Virus record (IMG/VR): IMGVR_UViG_3300025011_000042
Coordinates: 1 to 63,166 of that record
Strand: one strand, 5' to 3'
From: a virus
Taxonomy: Duplodnaviria; Caudoviricetes
Length of the DNA stretch: 63,166 nucleotides
The notes under the pieces are model-generated. The model had not been told where the DNA came from. It did not search any database and worked only from the letters and a program-made list of their open reading frames with translations. The translations under genes and the position numbers were made by a program. This document shows positions 58,598 through 63,166 of this stretch, piece by piece (position 1 is the stretch's first letter; each line of letters opens with the position of its first letter).

Positions 58598-59365
58598 TTA
58601 ATCCGCCATAATAATCTCCTTGATTTGTTCAAGCAACTGCTTGCTGTCTTGTGACTTAAGTCCTTCAATGTTGATACCAAGGAATAAGTCAGCGATTAAC
58701 TCTCGCGTAGTGTCTACTTCAACTTCTACAATTGTAGTTGCTGCACCAACCCTTATTGCCTTAAGTTGCGCTTCAGCTTTAAGAAGTGATACCCAACGTT
58801 CATCAGTTTCACTGAAGTCAGCTTTTCCCTTCATTATAGACTTCTTGCTCTGAACGTTCCGCAATTCTTTACGCAAGCGGTCTTGATCATCCTGTAGTTC
58901 CTGCAGCAATTCTTCGCTGAACTCAATCGTACCTGTTGCGCGGTTAGCTCCTGAGGCAAGTTTTGATTTGCCAAGCGCTAATCGAACTAAGTTCTCAGCA
59001 ACGGCTCCAACCATCATATTCGCGTAGTTGTCCATAGTCATAACTTTCGATTTGCTGCGGCTACGTTTCGACTGCTGCGACTTGAGCATTCCTTCAAGCG
59101 TCGCTTCGTCAAGCGCTTTAAGAAACGATACGTCCTCAGTAGCTATTGGGTACATCAGTCCAACGAGTTCGTCCATTGCGTTGTGATCAGTTTTAGACTT
59201 CGCAATCAAATCTTTGTGGTCAGCAAAGTTAGCGTCCAACGACTTCAGTACTACGTTGGTAATCTCTGTCGACAGGTTTGTAAGCTGTGCAGTGCCCGCC
59301 AGTCCGCGAGAGTTAGTTACTTGCTGCGCGACGTTGTTGCTTTCGAACAATTGATTAATATCCAT
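58598..59365 (-). CDS. Helical protein with two QSK motifs; true start about 59365
   Basis: AAAGGAG RBS before MDINQLF; upstream ORF extension runs through repeats. Confidence 0.75.
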   Translation of the reverse strand: MDINQLFESNNVAQQVTNSRGLAGTAQLTNLSTEITNVVLKSLDANFADHKDLIAKSKTDHNAMDELVGLMYPIATEDVSFLKALDEATLEGMLKSQQSKRSRSKSKVMTMDNYANMMVGAVAENLVRLALGKSKLASGANRATGTIEFSEELLQELQDDQDRLRKELRNVQSKKSIMKGKADFSETDERWVSLLKAEAQLKAIRVGAATTIVEVEVDTTRELIADLFLGINIEGLKSQDSKQLLEQIKEIIMAD

Positions 59366-59732
59366 AAGTTTCTCCTTTGTACCGCCATCCATGCGGTTGC
59401 TACTTTGTGCCGTAGCCAGCAATTTATGTAGGCTTATTTCACCATCTCTAATTATATTATAACGCATCCTGTAGTGTATGTATTCAGTTTTCAGAGAAAC
59501 GATGCAGTGCTGCAATAATTTTTCGCTGCTGTGAAGCACTACACAGTTTGGCCTGGCTGAGGCTGCAGCGGTGGTATGAGGCATTGGCAGACTGAAGCGG
59601 CGCGGTGACGCTCGCCACCTGCCTGCTGCTAGGCTTTTAACGGACTCAGCACACAAATACCGCGCTGTATTTTTATAGCCGCAGCGTTGCATTATCAATA
59701 CGAGACTGCGTAGCTGCGACACAGTGCAACCT

Positions 59733-59815
59733 GACTGCGGCTGTGCAGTTGCAGCATAGCACAGATCGACTGTGGCTGTGCAGTTGCAGCGCCACTCGAA
59801 CTGACTGTGGCTGCG
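59733..59815. repeat. Three GACTGYGGCTG units at a 35-bp period
   Basis: Starts at 59733, 59768 and 59803. Confidence 0.85.
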
Positions 59816-59826
59816 CGAATCACCTG

Positions 59827-59905
59827 GCCGCGGTTGCTTGCGCTGAATGAAGTTCCAAAGTCTTGTAGATCTCAGCCCGGTGGTGCTGGTTCTGATCTTT
59901 GCGGC
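59827..59905. repeat. 79-bp non-coding element, copy 2
   Basis: See 57657-57735. Confidence 0.85.
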
Positions 59906-59997
59906 CTTAAAAATTTTTCTTAAAAACTTAACACAGCCGCGTTGAAGTATGGTATAATATAAACAGTGGGGAAAATTTAACTAAGGCGGTGCGTGTA

Positions 59998-60213
59998 TTG
60001 AAAGCTCTTATACACCGTGTAAACAGTGAGGTTAGAGAAATAAGCGGCGACAGTGCTTCTATTGAAATGCGTGGCAACGAAATGTGGTTAGTAGTTCACA
60101 GGTCTAATATGTACAAAAGTTGGACCACAGCTAGTGTACAGTTGAATGAGCCGTGTGAAGCAGGCTGGGAACTACAACGTGTTGAGTTTGTTAGTGATAG
60201 TTTGCGTAATTAA
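59998..60213 (+). CDS. Hypothetical protein
   Basis: Downstream of TGGTATAAT; TTG start. Confidence 0.55.
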   Translation: MKALIHRVNSEVREISGDSASIEMRGNEMWLVVHRSNMYKSWTTASVQLNEPCEAGWELQRVEFVSDSLRN

Positions 60214-60324
60214 TCAACAGGAGGTAACTACAAGTATGTCAAATACAACTATACGCGTAGTACTAATTATTACATCGCTGTTAGCCATGTGGGGATTGAT
60301 AAGTTACTTTCATGGAGGTGCGTG

Positions 60325-60489
60325 ATGTTTAAAGATTGGGTACATCATACGATTGCAACTAGCTTAATTGCAGTTATTGGAGTAGCCGTTAGTTATGTAT
60401 CTCCGATACAAATTAACGGCACAGCGGCCATGTTTGTTGCGTTATACGCGTTGAGTGTTGCTATCAGCAACTCAACTACTAAGGTTTGA
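60325..60489 (+). CDS. Small membrane protein with two hydrophobic segments
   Basis: GGAGGTG RBS. Confidence 0.6.
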   Translation: MFKDWVHHTIATSLIAVIGVAVSYVSPIQINGTAAMFVALYALSVAISNSTTKV

Positions 60490-60534
60490 TTGTGGCGTTG
60501 TGCTACACTAAAATAAATTAGGAGGCTGAAAGTT

Positions 60535-60948
60535 ATGTATAACATTACTAAATGCGAGGAAGTATTCTTCACTGGTTTAACTGAGCAGCAACAACGTATT
60601 TACGCATTGTCTGATACTCAATTGCGTAAGTTACATGCGATTGATGACTACTGCGTTAATGAATTCATCAATGCAGCGTTACTGCTTAATGCTTTGCATG
60701 CTGCGCATGAAACTTACAACATAATGACTGAAAAGTACTGTTTGCGGACTGAGAATGAAGATGTAGATAACTTGCTTGGTGAAGCGTTCAATTGTTCAAT
60801 TACAATTGGAACGCAATCAGCTGTTATACCGTTATGTTACATGGACAGTTGCGATGCACTATACGTTTACTTAGCACATGTAAAAATGAATGGCTTTAAC
60901 ATTATGGTTGATAGTGTAAAGATCGATGATCTTATTGGTTGTTTGTAG
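60535..60948 (+). CDS. Hypothetical protein, C-terminus paralogous to 61281-61547
   Basis: AGGAGG RBS; ITIGTQ...IPL...D...L...VK. Confidence 0.7.
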   Translation: MYNITKCEEVFFTGLTEQQQRIYALSDTQLRKLHAIDDYCVNEFINAALLLNALHAAHETYNIMTEKYCLRTENEDVDNLLGEAFNCSITIGTQSAVIPLCYMDSCDALYVYLAHVKMNGFNIMVDSVKIDDLIGCL

Positions 60949-60954
60949 CAACGT

Positions 60955-60980
60955 AAAATGCTTGCATTAGCAAGCATTTT
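60955..60980 (+). terminator. Terminator hairpin
   Basis: AAAATGCTTGC / GCAAGCATTTT. Confidence 0.75.
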
Positions 60981-61280
60981 ATTTTAGCGTTCAATGCAGT
61001 GACACATCGCGCCTTGTACAGTATACTGCTTTTATGCGGCGCAATTGCTTCATATGTCAACAATAACTACAAATTGGTGTAGTTACTGCATTATTCAAGC
61101 TGACTGTGGCTGTGATGTGGTTATAATATTGTTCAAGCTGACTGTGGCTGTATAAATATTGCGGCTATAACATTTATTTTCAAAAACTGACATAAACTGC
61201 GCTAAAATGTAGTATAATATAATTAAGCTGCAAAAGGCTAAAATATATTGCAGCTAAAGCTGCAGAAAGAAGGTTATAGC

Positions 61281-61547
61281 ATGAACAAAACTTTAGAGCA
61301 AGTAGAAACTATCGACGTCGACACAAACGTATTATTGTTAGAAGCCGCAAGCAATATTACAGCGTTAATTAATAACGCATGCGACTATCATCATACGTAT
61401 GACATACGCGACGACAAGCTTACTATAACTATTAACGGTCAACAGCTTGAACTGCCACTGTATTCAGCCGACGTGCTTAATATGCTGGCTGCGTTCATCG
61501 ACGAAGTAAAAGACTTTGCAACGTCAGAACTAAACTATGGTAAATAA
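61281..61547 (+). CDS. Hypothetical protein
   Basis: GAAGG RBS; ITINGQ...LPL...D...L...VK. Confidence 0.65.
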   Translation: MNKTLEQVETIDVDTNVLLLEAASNITALINNACDYHHTYDIRDDKLTITINGQQLELPLYSADVLNMLAAFIDEVKDFATSELNYGK

Positions 61548-61674
61548 CTACCGCATAGCGGCCATTGGCCGCTATTTATTTTTGCTTTTATGCGGCGCCG
61601 GATAGCACTACAGCTTTTATGCAGCACAGCGCTACCGGGCCGAAGCAGTGCTTTTATGCAGCACAACACAGATT

Positions 61675-62050
61675 GGCTGTGGCTGTAATTATTCAGAAGA
61701 TTCAGAATACTCAGAATATTCAGAAGATTCAGAAGATTCAGAATATTCAGAAGATTCAGAAGATTCAGAATATTCAGACTATTTGCAGCTAGCGTTTTGC
61801 ACCAGCTGACTGTGGCTGTAATCATTCAGAAGATTCAGAAGACTCATAATATTCAGAAGATTCAGAAGATTCAGAAGATTCAGAAGATTCAGAAGATTCA
61901 GAAGATTCAGAAGATTCAGAAGATTCAGAAGATTCAGAAGATTCAGAAGATTCAGAAGATTCAGAATATTCAGACTATTTGCAGCTAGCATTTTGCACCA
62001 GCTGACTGTGACTGCAATAATTAAGAATATTATGAATATTCTGAATATTT
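61675..62050. repeat. Higher-order repeat containing (ATTCAGAAG)n arrays
   Basis: Two units of CTGTGGCTGTAAT-(9-mer)n-ATTCAGACTATTTGCAGCTAGCRTTTTGCACCAGCTGA; 12 perfect 9-mers at 61851-61958. Confidence 0.95.
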
Positions 62051-62058
62051 AAAATAAA

Positions 62059-62087
62059 ATAAGACTTGACATTATGTCAAGTCTTAT
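62059..62087 (-). terminator. Terminator hairpin for 62095-62610
   Basis: ATAAGACTTGAC / GTCAAGTCTTAT. Confidence 0.75.
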
Positions 62088-62094
62088 TTATATT

Positions 62095-62610
62095 TTATAA
62101 TAATTTTTGCAACAGAGCTAAAATTCTGTTTTTATCGACTTCGACGTTTTCTTCTAAAACGTCTATTATCGTCTGAATTTCAGTTTTTCGAACGTTTAAA
62201 TCGTCGACTGGAGCTACGGTTAATTTATGTTCAAGCAGCATCTGTTCGATTTCGCAAGCTTTTCGATATTCGTCGTTATTTCCGGCTTCGTCATTTAGCC
62301 ATTTCGTCAGCGTTTTTTTGCTCTGAATCGATCTAATGGCTTTAACAGTTTCGTCGTAATCTAATTTTTTAATATCGGCTAAAGTATACATCGTAACCGG
62401 TTTTTCTTTTGGCTCGAGCAAGTTTTTAGCTTCTTTTAAAATCTGTTCTTGCTGCAAAACTTCCGTCATTTCGTCTTGATATGACTTTTTGCCCTTTTGC
62501 TTTTTAAGTCTGCATTTTACAGACTGAATTCTTTTAATTTCTTTTTGCAACAATTCGACATCATTGCAGAATTTTACGCAGACTTCTTGAACTTTTTCGA
62601 GATTGATCAT
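62095..62610 (-). CDS. Helical protein with two QS(V/K)K motifs
   Basis: GGAGG RBS; KEIKRIQSVKCRLK and KAIRSIQSKKTLTK. Confidence 0.8.
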   Translation of the reverse strand: MINLEKVQEVCVKFCNDVELLQKEIKRIQSVKCRLKKQKGKKSYQDEMTEVLQQEQILKEAKNLLEPKEKPVTMYTLADIKKLDYDETVKAIRSIQSKKTLTKWLNDEAGNNDEYRKACEIEQMLLEHKLTVAPVDDLNVRKTEIQTIIDVLEENVEVDKNRILALLQKLL

Positions 62611-62814
62611 TTTAAAATTCCTCCGATTTTTAATAGATTTTTGTACATTATTCAGTTATCAAAGACCGTATAAATTAATGGCAAATAATAGTAGTTTAAA
62701 TAAAGTTTGAGCTATTTGACGCAGTTAATTTATAATTTATTTATTTATTAAATATATTATATAACGTTTTGATTAAAAAGTAAATAGCTTTTTGAATAGC
62801 CGCAATATTAAAAT

Positions 62815-63003
62815 TATTCTGAATAGTCTGAATATTCTTAATAGCTTAAATATTCTGAGTATTCTGAGTATTCTGAGTATTCTGAGTATTCTGAGTATTC
62901 TGAGTATTCTGAGTATTCTGAGTATTCTGAGTATTCTGAGTATTCTGAATATTCAGAATATTCTTACAGGTCCAAAAATTGTCCGAATATTCTGAATATT
63001 CTG
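62815..63003. repeat. (TATTCTGAG)n array
   Basis: 10 perfect copies at 62851-62940 with degenerate flanks. Confidence 0.95.
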
Positions 63004-63052
63004 GCTACGCCTGGCGCGGTGTCGCAGAAGTAAAGCAACATTGAGATAAGCA

Positions 63053-63166
63053 CAAGCAGCGTCCAAGCATCATGGCGTCCAAGCATCATGGCGTCCAGAT
63101 AAATCCAAATATTGTAGATCCTAAATAAGGCAATATTGTAGTTACGTATATACAAAAATAAAGCCA
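63053..63166. repeat. Right copy of terminal direct repeat, containing 2 x 16-mer
   Basis: Matches 1-130. Confidence 0.95.

Noticed and set aside
59366-59722. N-terminal extension of the 374-aa ORF
   Set aside because: Runs through promoter and repeat DNA; a good RBS precedes ATG 59365.
59733-59815. 35-bp-period repeats as a CRISPR or TIGR-like guide array
   Set aside because: Only three units with 12-nt spacers and no recognisable Cas or Nop-domain gene; kept only as a repeat finding.
61535-62995. ORFs reading IQKIQK, LNLLNL or ILSILS
   Set aside because: Translations of 9-bp DNA repeats with no RBS.

Overview
The window appears to be one complete ~63 kb tailed-phage (siphovirus-type) genome. 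Its ends are redundant (1-130 matches 63053-63166, apart from one 16-bp repeat unit). The host is probably a Bacillota/Clostridia species, inferred from GGAGG/GGTG ribosome-binding sites, an XkdF-type protease, a BhlA holin and an Amidase_3 endolysin. Layout: (1) 0.3-19.3 kb, packaging, head and tail genes; (2) 19.3-23.7 kb, two holins, then an inserted adhesin-like module with a tyrosine recombinase, then the endolysin; (3) 23.8-25.1 kb, an AT-rich origin-like region and a structured non-coding RNA candidate; (4) 25.1-46 kb, replication and nucleotide metabolism (SNF2 helicase, VRR-NUC, sigma factor, ATP ligase, RNase H, TOPRIM-MCM primase-helicase, YqaJ, ThyX, NMP kinase, dCMP deaminase, NrdJ, PolA, dUTPase, YhaM-like); (5) 46-55 kb, small accessory genes; (6) 55.5-63.2 kb, a repeat-rich arm with paralogous genes. 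I saw no tRNA, CRISPR array, reverse transcriptase or clear CI/Cro switch. Most notable: a DUF4326-like gene with an in-frame TGA at a conserved Cys followed by a SECIS-like hairpin (candidate phage selenoprotein); two short motifs scattered genome-wide far above chance (ATTGTAGAT and CGCCGCGG) alongside families of paralogous putative DNA-binding proteins; a possible recombinase-exchanged adhesin cassette; and an RNA hairpin displaying an anti-Shine-Dalgarno loop. All family calls come from recognising motifs by eye, not from database searches.
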